Source: Octopus vulgaris (Eukaryota). From it: 64,000 bases of DNA. The position numbers and the translations under genes are program-made. Under the pieces are notes generated by a model that was not told the DNA's origin, did no database searches, and saw nothing but the letters and a program-made list of their open reading frames with translations. Positions within the stretch are counted from its first letter, which is position 1. Each line of letters opens with the position of its first letter. Positions 26,750 through 42,249 of this stretch are shown piece by piece. The stretch lies in NCBI GenBank assembly GCA_951406725.2, contig OX597814.1, positions 210,366,001 to 210,430,000 of the forward strand, read 5' to 3'.

Positions 26750-27423
26750 AACTTATTACTGAAACACAGATGTTGTGTTGCGAATCATGTTTCACGCCAC
26801 TGCATTCGGTTCTCGCTTATATTGTTATCATAAAATTGTACATGGCCCATATATTTAATGATAATGTTAGTAATAAAGTCGACAGTTGTGTGACTTAGCA
26901 TAATCGCTTAGAGAAATCTCTTCCACGTGCGGAATAACATTCGACGAATCTCAAATAAATATTCATACTGGAACAAACTGCAACTTTTTTCTTCATTATT
27001 GTCCTTCTATGTATCGGGTAACAATAGTAAGCAAGCAAATATAGGATTGGTAATATCTGTCTCATTACTGATGTAGGTCAGCAACAAATTTCTTAATAAT
27101 TTGAAACATGTTGAGCAAATTATTATCAGGTTCTTTCTGTTAGCAACCACAATCGTATTTATCACAAACTTATGACGTCTGAATCGCTAGCGTAGTGAGG
27201 TTATCATAGTATAGTTCGAATTGATTGCGAAAATTTATACATTCGATAATATAATTTTTGACAAAATGTGTGTTTTAAAACAACAAAATGCAAAAGAAGA
27301 TAATAAGAAATGTTCATTAATAATCAATAATAAGAACTGCAGTATTATCGAGGGGTTGATACAGAAATCATCATTATCACCAATAAGTTCATCTACAACC
27401 GCATCAATAATAGTAAAATCAAC

Positions 27424-27832
27424 AGCGCAGGAGTGGCTGTGTGGTAAGTAACTTGCTTACCAACCACATGGTTCAGGGTTCAGTCCTACTGCGTGGCACC
27501 TTGGGCAAGTGTCTTCTACTATAGCCTCGGGCCGACCAAATCCTTGTGAGTAGATTTGGTAGACGGAAACTGAAAGAATCCCGTCGTATATATATATATA
27601 TATGTGTGTGTGCGTGTATGTTGTGTATTTGTGTTTGTCCTCCTGGCATTGCTTGACAACCGATGCTGATGTGTTTATGTGCCCGTCACTTAGCGGTTCG
27701 GCAAAAGGGATCGATAGAATAAGTACTGGGCTTACAAAGAATAAGTCCGGGGTCGAGTTGCTCGACTAAAAGCGGTGCTCCAGCATGGCCCCAGTCAAAA
27801 TGACTGAAACAGGTAAAAGAGAGTAAAGAGAG
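27424..27832 (+). mobile_element. SINE family A, full length
   Basis: A-box-like gtggctgtgtggtaag, B-box-like gggttcagtcc, ccttgggcaagtg core, internal (TA)/(TG) tract and A-rich repeat tail; several copies in the window. Confidence 0.92.
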
Positions 27833-27842
27833 CCCAATCATA

Positions 27843-28560
27843 GCGTGTTCCGGTTAAAGTTGACGATTTTTATGTTTCTAATTCTTTCAAGAATATCTCG
27901 ATATATTGCCGAAAAGTCAACGCTGTAGGAGATCACGTACAATGAATATTTAGTTAAAAGACATTAACTGATGTGGAGGACTAGACGCAATGTGATTGTT
28001 GGAAAACGGTCACCTGTATTATGAAGAGTCGCACCTTATAACTAAATGTCGACGTCATATTTTGTGATCACCATAAAGGCTGCAACATGTGACGTATTCA
28101 TGTCACACGGATTATGAAAGCCATGCTCCCCTAAACTGTAATGGTATCTGTGTGTGTTTCCGATGAAGGTGACTAAATGCCAACCCATAAAATTGAACAG
28201 AGCCTTAAGACCAAATTAAGACGCCTGTGTGAAACTCGTATAAGCTTTTGTCAAAACCCGACTTGAGTAGGTTGCTGATGGAAGGCCATATGTATGGTAG
28301 CAGGATTGGGATGCTTCATATACTTCCGAAAGAGTCAGAAATGGTTGTCGCTGAATTTCTACGACGTCACTATCCCCAATGTCTTGCTTTATGATTTCCC
28401 CGATTGTAATCCAAATGGATTGTAATATGCGGACCTAAGTTAAGAAAGACAACCACCACCCTACCTGCAGCGCAAGGCCGAGCTTGTGTCGAATATCAAG
28501 GAGATGGTCAAATATCTTTAGCGTTAAAACAAAGAACTCATACACCATGTTCTGGAGTCG
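27843..28560 (+). mobile_element. maT/DD37D-like Tc1/mariner transposase remnant
   Basis: VMVSVCVSDEGD*MP..VADGRPYVW*QD..SQKWLSLNFYD..PDCNP, matching the GRPYVWQQDSAP / WPPNSPDCNPMD pattern. Confidence 0.7.
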
Positions 28561-29276
28561 TGCATGTTCATATGTATAATTTACCATGCTAAGTAATAGT
28601 TAACTATAATCGAGAGCTATATTCATTATTGTATAGTACGCCACATGATGTTCATATGGCCGTTATACGATTTTCGGTTTTAAAAAATTATCTTTGCTGT
28701 TACTTCATAGACGCATTGTAAGACCGTAATTATAGAAATAATGTAATGTTCTTTCTCAATATATCTTCAAATGCGTAATAGTAAAAAATGATGATTGCAT
28801 TGTACTCGATATAATGTTGTAATTATTTAGATATGTTTAATAATTACACTGTTTGCTACACTCCTATCGAGAGCTCTGTTTCTTGAAGCACGTAATGTAT
28901 TTTATGACAAGAATATATAAAACAAAAAATCATATTGACTCTGAAAGTTTTGAGTCTCAGAGTTATACAGCGAAATTCACCTAAATTTTAAAAATTAAAC
29001 ATAGTCAATTTGAAAACATGTATAGGCTACATAAAGTTACTTATCATAAGCATTCAGTGTCTTCACTCGCATACTTTGAACGAAAATATAGCTATGTGTT
29101 TATTTCTTTCTCATTATGGAACTAATGTACATTCGTAATAGAACGGTTTGTCGGTTTTCACACCAAAGAACATTACGCATTTACTCAATTGAACATAGTA
29201 AAGATATTGCAAAGTGGAATACCAATTCCCTTTTCAAAGCGATAAACATTTATTTCTTCCAGCTGTCCACATTGGC

Positions 29277-29279
<3 letters not shown>

Positions 29280-29317
<38 letters not shown>

Positions 29318-29458
29318 TATATATATATATATATGGGGTGCGTGTGTATGTCTGTGAGTGTCTGTGTGTGTGTGTGTATGTATATGTGTATGTATGTATA
29401 TATATATATACATATATACATATAGATGCACACATAAATATATATGTACGTATATGTG

Positions 29459-29515
<57 letters not shown>

Positions 29516-29606
29516 ATGTACATACATACACGCATACATATATATATATTTATTCATACATATACATACATATATATTTACGTGTGCATATATATGTATA
29601 TATGTA

Positions 29607-29664
<58 letters not shown>

Positions 29665-29730
29665 CATACACATATACATACACACACACACAGACACTCA
29701 CACACATACACACGCACCCCACCCACACAC
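29280..29730. repeat. Compound TA/TG/CA microsatellite containing an inverted duplication (29335-29410 / 29645-29720)
   Basis: ggggtgcgtgtgtatgtctgtgagtgtctgtg... is mirrored by ...cacagacactcacacacatacacacgcacccc. Confidence 0.85.
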
Positions 29731-31446
29731 AAATACATATGGTGCGTGCTTGAAAACGATGGGCTTTATATGCACATGACTTTGTGTTGGCATTCTTTCT
29801 ATTAAGTTCCTTTTGCGAACGAGAAGGCTGTAATTATGGTAATGTATGTTTCTATGAGAATGGAATCGACAGAGAAGATTGCCGAATGGTATAGAGAGGA
29901 ACTTATCAATGATTGGCAATAATTTTATATATTGATTCACTAATTTATCTCAAACTTGGTTATGCTAACATTTTATAAGAGCTTTTTCTTGTCATAAGCA
30001 TTGATACATATATTTGTGGATATAAATATGTCATTTCTAAATAAGTTTAGTTCATAAATTTTATTTTTACACACTCATACGTTATGAAATTGTTGTGCTG
30101 AAGCTATGTTAGTCTTGATATCTGAGAAAATCTCTAGACTGCACAGAAGAGAAACTTTACAAATAGGATGATCTGAATGTGTATTTTCGATTTCACTATA
30201 ATGAAGCTGTTGAAATTCAGTATTAAAAGTGGCTCGAATTTTCCGTCGAAATCCCTAGTGTAATCATGATTGATCGAGAAGCATATTTCTTTACAATAGC
30301 CCACTAGGAACATGACTTACAGCAGTAGGTGATTTACCCTTCATATTACAGTTACTGAAAAAAAAGAGAGCTTATTTTAATTTTGCAGAATTTAATGTCC
30401 TTTGCAACGATAAAACCTGCTTGGTTTAAAGTGTGCTGTATGAAATAATAATAGTTTAGGATTTCTTTCTTCTTTTGATAATTGTGGCTGTATATTGTAG
30501 ATCACAGTTACAATTATGAAATAGAGAATTTTCTAATGATATCGAATGGCGATATACCGAAATTATTGACTTCAGAACGATATTAGAAAATTGTTGATAT
30601 GTTTCAAAGACTAAATGTCATCTTATATATGGGGTAAAGAAAATGCCAACATCATGCTTCCTGTTAGTCTCTCAAAGTATATATGCATAAATTTTCAGGC
30701 TCCGATAGAATCAAGTTAATCAAATATCAAATACCACGAAACAGAGCCGGCGATATCGCACTTGTGCACTAACAATGTGTACAGACACACATGTTTTTAC
30801 TAATGTAAATACGGATTTTTTCCTCCAGGTATGCATACATTCACAAACTTTGACCAAAATACACAATAGTACCCAAAGTCACACAAGAGTACAATATGGC
30901 ACGTATTCCACAGTCGACTATAGGTTCGAGATCCAACGAAGGGAAGGTTCCGACCTCGGTGAAGTATAAACAATAAAACAGATAGGTTGAGGTTCCCTAG
31001 AGCTGTTTCAGTCTTCTTCTTTGTTGATGAACAAAACTATTTCATCATGTAAAAATAAAAACTGTTTTACTAAGGAGAATTAAGTGTAAAATTATTTTTC
31101 ACGTAAATAGTACATAATGCTTAATCGACACTTCGATCTTGGTTACAGCTGCGAGAGTGAGCACAGATGAATATAGAGCATTCCCTATTCAAAACACTGT
31201 CATATGTGAAATCACACCAACCAAGAACATTTCCTTCTAAATATAATCCAACCTGTTCCCACAGCACCATCACCAAAATAGAGGAAATTAATTACCTTCC
31301 CTACTTCTAATAATAACAATCCCTGATTACGGCTCCTAAAATTTATTTCCTTCCTGATCCATTTACAAAATAAGATGGAATGAAAATTTAAAACATGATT
31401 AGCATAAGCGAAGCCAGTCGACTATATAAATGTTTTATTTGATAAA

Positions 31447-31493
<47 letters not shown>

Positions 31494-32035
31494 ATATATA
31501 TATATGTGTGTGTATATATATACATATATATACATATACATAGATAATGTATTTATATATACACGAATGTGTGTGTATGCATGTATAATCGCGTATACGC
31601 TGAAAACATATTCAAATCTAAGACAATTGGATTATATATAAATACTAATCTCAATGTTTAAAATACGTTATATGAATTGAAAAGGAACAATTTTAGCATA
31701 GAATAGAATGGATATAAATTTTCAAGATCTGTATCATCAGAAAATATAATTAAATTTAAGGTTTCAAATTCATACTGATACCATTGTGAATTTGTAATGG
31801 ATTAATTTAATCACATTTTGCACTATTTGTGTTTTTAAAGTTATGCGTATTTTCTATCAGTACAAACAGAAGGTATGTGTAACTCATTCTTTTAGAAACC
31901 AGAGATAGTGGGAAAATATGACAATGTAAATTTGCAGTGTTCCTTGAATTCATAAGATACACGCTTTGATAGAAAAGTATCGAAAGCTTGTCCAAAATAT
32001 GTACAATAAGGTTTCATCCATGACGCGCGCGTAAA

Positions 32036-32281
<246 letters not shown>

Positions 32282-33095
32282 GAAGGTTTTATATAGGCGG
32301 CACATAACGAAGGTTTGCTTAGCAAATATTATCAGCCCAACACTCTTCAAAACGGCTCTGATGGTGAACACCGATTCTGCGGTATATTTGGTGAAACAAT
32401 AAATAGGCCATCGTATCTCGGGATGTACTGTGCTCGCACTAAGCAAATACAAATATAGCCAGGAATATGTAGGACTGTATTTACATTGGAAAATATGTAA
32501 ACACTACAAAATCAACACTCTTGCTTACTGGTTTGAACAACATCACGGACCAGCCGTTGAAGGTAAAACGTCACTATCCACTGGGAGTTTCTAGTTAAAT
32601 AGCGACAGAACGATCCAAGATAATTTACCAGCCATAGTCATTAATGACAAGGAAAAACATAAATACTTATAAACTAATGGCTATAAGTGTTCCCTCCGAT
32701 AAAAGTCTATCTGTAAAAGAATTTGATAAATGAAATAAATATAAGGACCTGGAAATTGAAACGTCTTAAAACAAGAACTGTTCCTTTTATGATGGGTGCC
32801 CTAGTTATGATAAGAAAGGGATGTCAAAAACATCTAGATATCATACCAGGAGAACCATATCTCAGAGAAATCCAAAAGATTGTGCTGACATGCACAGCCT
32901 ACATCATTAGAAAAAAACTTATCAATTTAATTGTCTGTGTCGTATTACGCAAAGATATTTCGCTAATGCTCCTGCCACATACCCTCCGCAAGCTTTCTCT
33001 CATACACAGCATCTCCTATGCTTCCCTGGACCTAGGACGCTGGATGTGTCCCGGCAAGGGATTGTAACAAACATGAAGATTAAGAGTAAATAATA
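32282..33095 (+). mobile_element. R4/Dong-like non-LTR retrotransposon 3' part (restriction-like endonuclease domain)
   Basis: HRISGCTVLA..VGLYLHWKICKHY..W..H (CCHC remnant), DRTIQDNLPAIVIND, SVPSDKSLSVKEFDK.NKYKDLEIE, TVPFMMGAL, EIQKIVLTCTAYIIRK; flanked on both sides by (TAA)n/(TGA)n. Confidence 0.8.
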
Positions 33096-33169
33096 ACAAT
33101 GATAATGATGATGATGTTGATGATGATGATGAGGATGATCATGATAACATGATATTAGATCGCTGAACT

Positions 33170-34420
33170 TTATAAAGTATTTAACACGATGAAAAAGAAA
33201 TGGAAACCTGAGAGAAAAAATCTCTACGTGTACAACAGAATGATGAGAAAGGTGCGCAGAACAAAACTAACTGGAAGTAATGGGATGAAGGCATATATTA
33301 CATAAAGAATTTCAGTGTTGAGATACGCTACATCTCTTCTAAAGTAGACAATGAACTGGGAACCAGGATTAGGAAGCTACTCACAAAGAATAACGCACAC
33401 CACTCTAAATATAGTATCGACAGGCTCTGCTTAACAAGAAGGAAGTGAGGCAGCAGTTTCTTTTTCTTAAACGCTGAAAACACTATTACGACTGTGGTAT
33501 TGTGTCTGAAAACCTCAATGTGCAAAGTAATAACGTAAATATCTGCGGCCAGAAATATCCAGTTCCTACAACAAACCGAGGAAGTTGTGAGTGACAAATG
33601 TAAAAGTGAAACGGTAAAATGTTTCACCCATAGTAGCTCGTCTACAATAAACTGTTAAAATGCACTTGATAAAAACAACGATTGATCAAACTTAGTAAGA
33701 GAGCAATGGTAGAGTGTCGGAAAAAGGCAAAGGATTAACTTTCTCCGAGCTGAATGCACTGTGCGAACCCAATAGAATATAACTGTGGACATGACTGATC
33801 AGTAAATGAGGGCATTGAGATGTTACGCAAGTTTGACAGTTGGAAGTGAGAGAAAAGCGGTTTGATCACGAACTAGAGTTTGTGACTATGAACGATAGCT
33901 ACAGAATTTTGTGACTTTTATCCGAACACACTGACCATTCATATGCGAGAGGAAACTACATGTAATCGTGAAGTAGAGAATGAATTTGTCCTAAGATCTA
34001 ATAAACATCAATCACAGCGCAAAACAGGATGTATATCTACAAAAATCTAGCCACAGAATTTAGTTCTTATCAGAGCCAATCACTATAGAACGTGTTATAT
34101 AAAAAATTGCTACACAATAATATTTTATTGAAAGCTGCGCTTCGTGCGACATTAATAATAGCATAGGAGCATAGACTTTGCAATCCCATATGATAATAGA
34201 ATGGATATCAAGCAAACTGAAAGAATTGAGAGATAGGATTTGAGCAGGGAGATTTACAGTGGAAAAGCAAAAGTAAAAATAGCATTTGTGGTGATTCACT
34301 CATTGTCCACAACACCCAGAGGCTATCTGGCGGGTTAAAGGTTGATACTAGGATTGAGACAGTTATGATCGACCTGCAGAATATACCATCCTATATTTTA
34401 AAAGAATTTGGATAAGGAAG
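33170..34420 (+). mobile_element. Older R4/Dong-like LINE remnant (RT C-terminus to RLE)
   Basis: RIRKLLTKNNAHHSKYSIDRLCLTRRK*G (compare TRKLLT..HHPK..VDRLY..R..GG) near 33360 and DFAIPYDNRMDIKQTERIE near 34175. Confidence 0.65.
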
Positions 34421-36971
34421 AGAAATCTATCAAACTTCTTTTATCTTTATAGCGGAAAGAATGTGTGGATAAAAAGAAAACAACAGTCGTGTAGTATATT
34501 AGCACACACCTATTAACGCACTGGTATGGACGGTATTGGGCAAAACCAAATTATGCAATAATAACTGCGTAACAACAGAGAAATTAAAAATTCCAATGCT
34601 AAATTTACCTAATTACCTAATCATGATTGAGCACTTTAAATGAGTTGAATGGGATTTAACAGTACTTAAAATTCTTTACCATAAAAGTGAAGGTACACTA
34701 TAATATATTGCAATTGCAAAGATGGGATAGATCAGTAGCATAATGTTTAGATTTAATCTAACTTAGAAAGAATTAATGTAGGGAAACATTTGAAAAAGGA
34801 AACTGAAAGCACATTCGAACGAAGTGTATAGCAAAACACAAGATATGTAAGAATCTTCACAATACTTGTGACTCTACAATAGGGAGATTGAAAATAAAAA
34901 TGCATGCATGTTTTCATTATCTGATATAATTATTTATCTAATACCTCTTGTGTTTACTAATTAGCAATGCCAGAAAAACGATGTCAAGCTGTAAAATAGA
35001 AATGTATTGCAAGCTAATTATTAACGAAGAAAATTTACGACTTGATTTGGAAGGAGTACATAGTTTCTATACAAATGAATTCAGAAATAATAACGAGGAG
35101 CTCACGCGGTCAATAACTGTAATTAAATATTTACTGATTAATGCTCGACTTCTAACTTAATTTGATCAGGATGAACTAAATATGAATTTATTGGGTTTCA
35201 TCTAACATAGCAGCACCCCTGAAATAATTTTCTATTTTGGAATCATTTAGCACCATTTTTCTATAGCTCCTTTCATTATAAGTCTGTATGATAAATGATC
35301 CTATGGGAACTTAGAAGTATAACTCATTACGATCAAAGATAACAGAGAGATGGTAGGTTTGCACTTCAGAAAATACAAAATGTTAGTATATTTCTTTGTA
35401 AAAATCCGAGGTATTCGTCAACACTCTACCTCTCCAAATCCCTTTAGGAAACATCTATTCTGTGGCAACTTCAGTAGACGCACACGTCGAAGGATACACG
35501 ATTTTATAAAGAATATCTAGTTCTTATTTTCTGAGTTGAACTCAAAACTAAACAGCATTAAAATCTCTAAATTTTATTATAGTCATGTCTTACGAGCGTT
35601 TCATTCTGTAAATAATATATGCACCAGTTTAATAGTCAAATGGGAACATTACTTGAAAGCGACAAGTTCGCTAAGGTGATACCAGATTGCTTACAATAAG
35701 TAGCAATACTTTGCTACAACATGTGAAGCTAATTTTCACCTTAAGGTGGAATTCAAACGGCAGTCAATACAGTTATTTGTATACACTGAATAGTAACATT
35801 ATTTAATAAAGTATACCAATTCCTTCAAAATGAATTACCATCAAAACTAAACAGTTTACATCTCTAGTATTTCTAGAGTAGCAATTTAGCTGCTAAAATG
35901 TTGTGCTATTGTTCTTTTACTTCTTAGTTATTAATCAATACATTCTGTATGCAAACATTTCTTTTACTATAGCAGTTGTCTATATACCACGATTTACACT
36001 CACATAGAATTTATGGTCATCTAATAGGTTCATAATCTCATTTTCTATTCTGGTTGTCTTGAATTCAATTATTGCCTATTGCAGACACATTAAATTGGCG
36101 CCAATCTTCTTTCGAAAATGTGTACGGTCGTAATGAGAAAAATAGTATTCCTCTTCTACCGTCTGCTTTTTTTTATTAAGTTTCGTTGTATTTCGTCCTA
36201 TGATAATTCTCGAAGAAAGACAAGCTACTGTATATTATGTGCATCATTCTGTACTATTTTTCCCAATGGATTTTGTCATAAATTTGCGTGAAACTAACAA
36301 ACATCAATTATACCATTCAAAATGCTATAAAAATCAGTTCAGTTCTTCCTAATTTTCGTACGATGAATATACACTATCTACCTGAGTTTTGTAGAAATTA
36401 ATAAGCTATCTATTGCAGACTGCCGAAGCGTGTACATCACGGAAATTATTAATCACCATCAATTAAAAATTTTGATACGTCAATTATTTAAACCATCGGC
36501 ATAACAGAGAGACTGACACTCTGCCGTTGCAAGTATACGCAAACTAAAGCAATCGGTAAGTGCGCGAACATACAAACATTTACATTTTCAAAATAATAGA
36601 TAAATAAAACAGAAGTACGATCAGAGAAAACAAATACGCCCCGACACAAAACTTTAGGTACGTGCGTGAATTGGGTTTAATTATAGAGTAACTGCATTTA
36701 CCGATGTTTCACAACAGCTTTCCCGTAGATACCAATGACAATGAATATCAAAGTCATTTGTTGTCAACGGGGAAATGAAGACTGCTACATACACACTCAA
36801 GGACACAGATACACATACATATACATATATATTTGAATACCTAACGATATAATTAAAATAAAAGTGTTGTGTGTGCGGAGAGCTCGTTTCTGAATTACCT
36901 CCATAAAGTAGTTTATGCCGCTTATTCTTCGCCTGTTTCTACTTCTTGTGAAACGTTACCGGAAAGGTATG

Positions 36972-37120
36972 TCGGTTACATCAATCCCAGTGTTCCACTG
37001 GTTCTTAATTTATCGACCCTCGAAAGGATGTAAAGCAAAGTCGACCTCGGCGGAAATTGAAATCAAATGCCACGAAACATTCTCCCCGACATACGAATGA
37101 TTCTGCCAGCTGATCGCTTA
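36972..37120 (-). mobile_element. SINE family B, internally deleted and diverged
   Basis: ttaatttatcgaccc.cgaaaggatg.aaagcaaagtcgacctcggcggaa is shared with 43672-43720. Confidence 0.75.
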
Positions 37121-37125
37121 CTCAC

Positions 37126-38038
<913 letters not shown>

Positions 38039-40190
38039 TCTTTATTGACCATCAGAGTCGATTGCACAACAGAGGACGATACACAGACCAGGAAAAGTGT
38101 GGTTAAGCATGTAAACAGCAAGCAAACACAACGATTAACAAAGAAATTAAACCAACAATATGCTTCCTCTATAGGGATGAGTTTCACCGTAAGGTGACTA
38201 AAAATACTGTACACACTTTGAAACCCTTAATACCAATGGCTCCTCAGGAATGCGTGCTCTCTTATCCACTCCATACGGCCTACAGGCGCACACTTACAGC
38301 AGGCCCACTGTTATAGTTATTGTGAACTACTCTCACATTATTCTGTTTCAGTTTCCCTAAACAATCTTTTTCATCTTTTTTCGTGTATTCGTTCAGTGGT
38401 ATACCTAGAATAGTTTCATTTCCACTGGTTCCTTTGGAAACATAACGAATATAAGATATCTCCTAATGATACATAATGTGATTGTCGGTAGGCTCTAATG
38501 AGATTAAGCTATTAACTCTTAAACAATCGTACTTTATTGTTTTGAAGTTGTTACACGTTTTTTGACGGTTACTGATTTTAAACGTTCATAAGAGTTAAGT
38601 TGAAACGTTAATTATTTTATTGAGTTAAAATTATTAAGTAATTAACGGAGAGAGCCTCTGGGGGATTTAGAAAATTTTAACATTTTTAATACGTGTATAA
38701 ATAGGATTAATCTTATCTTGTTGAAATTTCTTTTCTGTGTTGTCTGTATTTTGTAAAACTTGAGCTAACCAACACGTATAAATAATATCTAGCCAACACG
38801 GATCCGCATTTGCAGTATTAAATTGAATTTTACTCTAATTCTGAACGTTACATCACGATCCTATTGTTCTCATATTAATTAAATTATCATATGCTCGAGA
38901 AACGTGTTAACTGTTTTTAATTTAGTATTACGATTTAAATTCCTGGAAGATATGTCTAATTTATACTTTTGTCAAACCAAACATAGTATTATTTATCTTG
39001 AAATAATATGCCGTAATCTCTTATTTTAATAATATTTAATTACTCTCAAGTAAACTCCTTTAATTTTAAGCGACATCGTTGACATCAACACGAAAATTTC
39101 AAAATTATGTAAGTTTTTTTTTTATTAACTTTAAAATACTTTGAACCGTTGTGAAAAATACACGCCTAAGATTATTACTTGATATTTCCTCCACTCGATT
39201 ACTCTCCATGAAAATAACTTAGCAAAGTAAAGTTAATGGGTTTCTCTTCTCTACATACATTTGATAGCAATATCTGAACATCTGTCATATAATAAGCTGG
39301 TCATTGTTGTAACTCAGAGTCTGAGAATACAATTTTCGGGAAAATTCGAGCGTATATCTCAACTTCTTTATAACTCATGCAATACAATTTGAAAAAAACA
39401 TCATTATTTTAAGGCATCTTTAAAAATAGCAAGAGGGAATTTACTGATGCCAATGCAAATGTTAGATAAAAATATATCTGGAAGTCATTTTCACCTTAAT
39501 CTTTACTCACACATACACACACGCACGCGCGCGTACATAAAGCTATATTTCGCAAAATCTTTCGTAAAATACATAGTAATTTCTATGCCAGTTTTATATT
39601 CACGCCACGTTTGTTCGACATCCGAAATCGCCATCTACTTACAGAAAACAATATCTTTCAACCTGCTGCACTAAAGATTCTAATTTCAATCACTAAAGCG
39701 GGATATGTCAAAAACATATACGTACAATTCATTCTTATCCAGTATGAAGTTAATGGTCATAGGTAACTCACTTTCCTTGCTTTGTTTTGCGTATTGCAAT
39801 AATAATTTAGACAAACAAAATTTCCTTTTCATATATTGAAATACTGAATTCATTTAAGAAACCTTTTACTTTTGTTTATGAAGAATTAGATAATAATTGG
39901 ATGAAGGGTGTCAATGATCATGAGTTAATGAATGAGCGAACATAGATTAGGATTATTATTTTCAAATGTGATATCCTTAAAGCTGTAACAAGCCACATAA
40001 GAGGATAATGTGTACAATGACGTTTGCTTTTCAGCAAGATTTAGTGGCAAAAAGAAGTGATATGATTTCGTGCTCATGCTTTTCTCTCTTTTATTACTAC
40101 TATACATCTAATTGGATATATTTGCGGAAATGATATAATCGCCTCCGATCAGCAAATATCGTGTAATCTTAGTCAAATGTAGTCTGTAAT

Positions 40191-40249
<59 letters not shown>

Positions 40250-40379
40250 AACACACACGTACGTGTATATCTATGTCTCTTTCTCTCTCTCTATATATAT
40301 ATACATATATACTTACATACATACTTGCATACCTACATACATATATATGTGTGTGCGTGCGTGTGCGTTTTTCTGTGAA

Positions 40380-40680
40380 AGTGCATGACTCAGTGGTTAG
40401 AGCGTCGCGCTCACAATCATGAGGTAGTGAATTCAAGTACCGTGCCGAGCTGTGTGTTGTGTTCTTGAGCAAGACACTTCACTTCACGTTGCTCCAGTTC
40501 TCTGAGCTGTAAAAATGTATTGCCTTTCCCTTGGACAACGTATGTGGGGTGGAGAGGGAAGACTGGTATGCATAGGCGACTGTTGATTTTCCATAAACAA
40601 CCTTGCACGGTCTTGTGCTTCGGGGGGTAGCTTTCTAGGTGCAGTCCCATGGGCATTTATGACCGAAGGGTGTCATTACT
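40380..40680 (+). mobile_element. SINE family C (tRNA-derived)
   Basis: tgactcagtggttagagcg A-box and gaattcaag B-box-like head, then gttgtgt.cttgagcaagacactt..ttcacgttgctc shared with 56925-57120. Confidence 0.8.
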
Positions 40681-42249
40681 CTTTATATGTATACTTATAT
40701 TGTGGAAATATATGATGTAATGGTCAGGGTGTTTGACTCATGATCGTAGTTTTAAGCTTCCCATTTCCGGACCGGAAAATGCGTTGTATTTAAACCAAAG
40801 TAAAAACTTACTTATACCGTCCATGATGTTGGAAGGAAAATGGCGTGACTAAATACCAGTTGTCATTTGATACGATGCATTATACATCCTATCAAATCAT
40901 CGTCCCTGCTTGATACATAATTTTTCCAAGCCCAAGAGAATGGAAGAGGAATTTATTCTCAAAACAATTATACCTCATCTCGCAGAAAATCGTGCAAGGA
41001 CAAAAAGTGAATAGTAATCTGCCAGTACCTTAATGATATGTACAGTTTGCCGAAGTTATGTATCCTTTTAGTGTTATCAATATGTAATCATTTAAAGGGA
41101 TATGTTAGGATAATACTAAATATGTTGTATAATGTAATGTGATCCCCCTTTGAGTTAAAGTTTGACTGCATTTGAATACGTTTTGTATTAAATGAACCCC
41201 ATTAAAATATACCAGATCTGTAGACTTCCTAAATCGAATTAAAATTATGTAAAGAAATGTTTTCATGTAAGAATATTGATAAGGTGACTTTTCAAAAGAA
41301 ATAATTTGTAATTGAAAGGTGATGCGTATTGGTTTAAAACGTACCGGACATTTGAAAGGAAAATGACATGACGTTTTGGGCAGACGATACAGAAACTAAT
41401 ACTAAGGTTCATCCTCTAGGTATTGACAATTCAGATGCAAATACAACCTTTGGTATTTCTTTTCTAACCAAAACTTTAATATCCTTTTCAACTCTAACAT
41501 TTATAAAGCGTTGTTCTATTGCATTCCATATAACTGTAACTTGCTTTGAAACAGAGTTTCCCTAAAATTAAAGCCTTTATGCTCATAAAATTATTGTTTA
41601 GCTGAATAAGCGCATGTATTGCTGGGATCTTTTTCAAGTTGCTTAAGATGAAATTTCCAAATTTCAATATGAGTTTCTATTGAAAGCATTCTGTTATATA
41701 TCAGTATCAAGCAAATTTTCTTGCTCTTTTACTGATATATCTAGATCTTGATTCTTTCTGTATTAATATTATTATTAGAGAATTCATGTCTGTGTGGGCA
41801 CGCATGCATACGTGCACACAGACACGCGCACGCACGCACAAACACGCACACATACACACACACGCACAAATATATATATATGTCGAGAGATATTAACTCA
41901 TATGGAGAAAGGATGAGTAGAAGAAATGAGAGCTTTAGTGACGTATTTTTCTCCTAAAAGCATCAGAGCTTAATTCATTACGCATTTTGTACCTATATGT
42001 CCAATGATGTTATGCCTTCCGTTAAAATATTGGATAAATTCACGTAGCACTCGAGAGGTGATCATGAAGACCCAATAATTCTAAAATATTTTGTGGAAAT
42101 GTATAGCTGAGAAACAAATACGCACTTATGCATATATACCTGTACAAACGTGCACATATCCATAATGAAAGGTGTCTTCTGTGTGTGCGTGTGAGTGATT
42201 ACATGAATAACCTATGTATCCATTGCTTATTAATATATATGTTTATATT

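Noticed and set aside
27424-27500. tRNA-like sequences here and at 12651, 40380 and 56925
   Set aside because: SINE heads with A/B boxes but no complete cloverleaf; not tRNA genes
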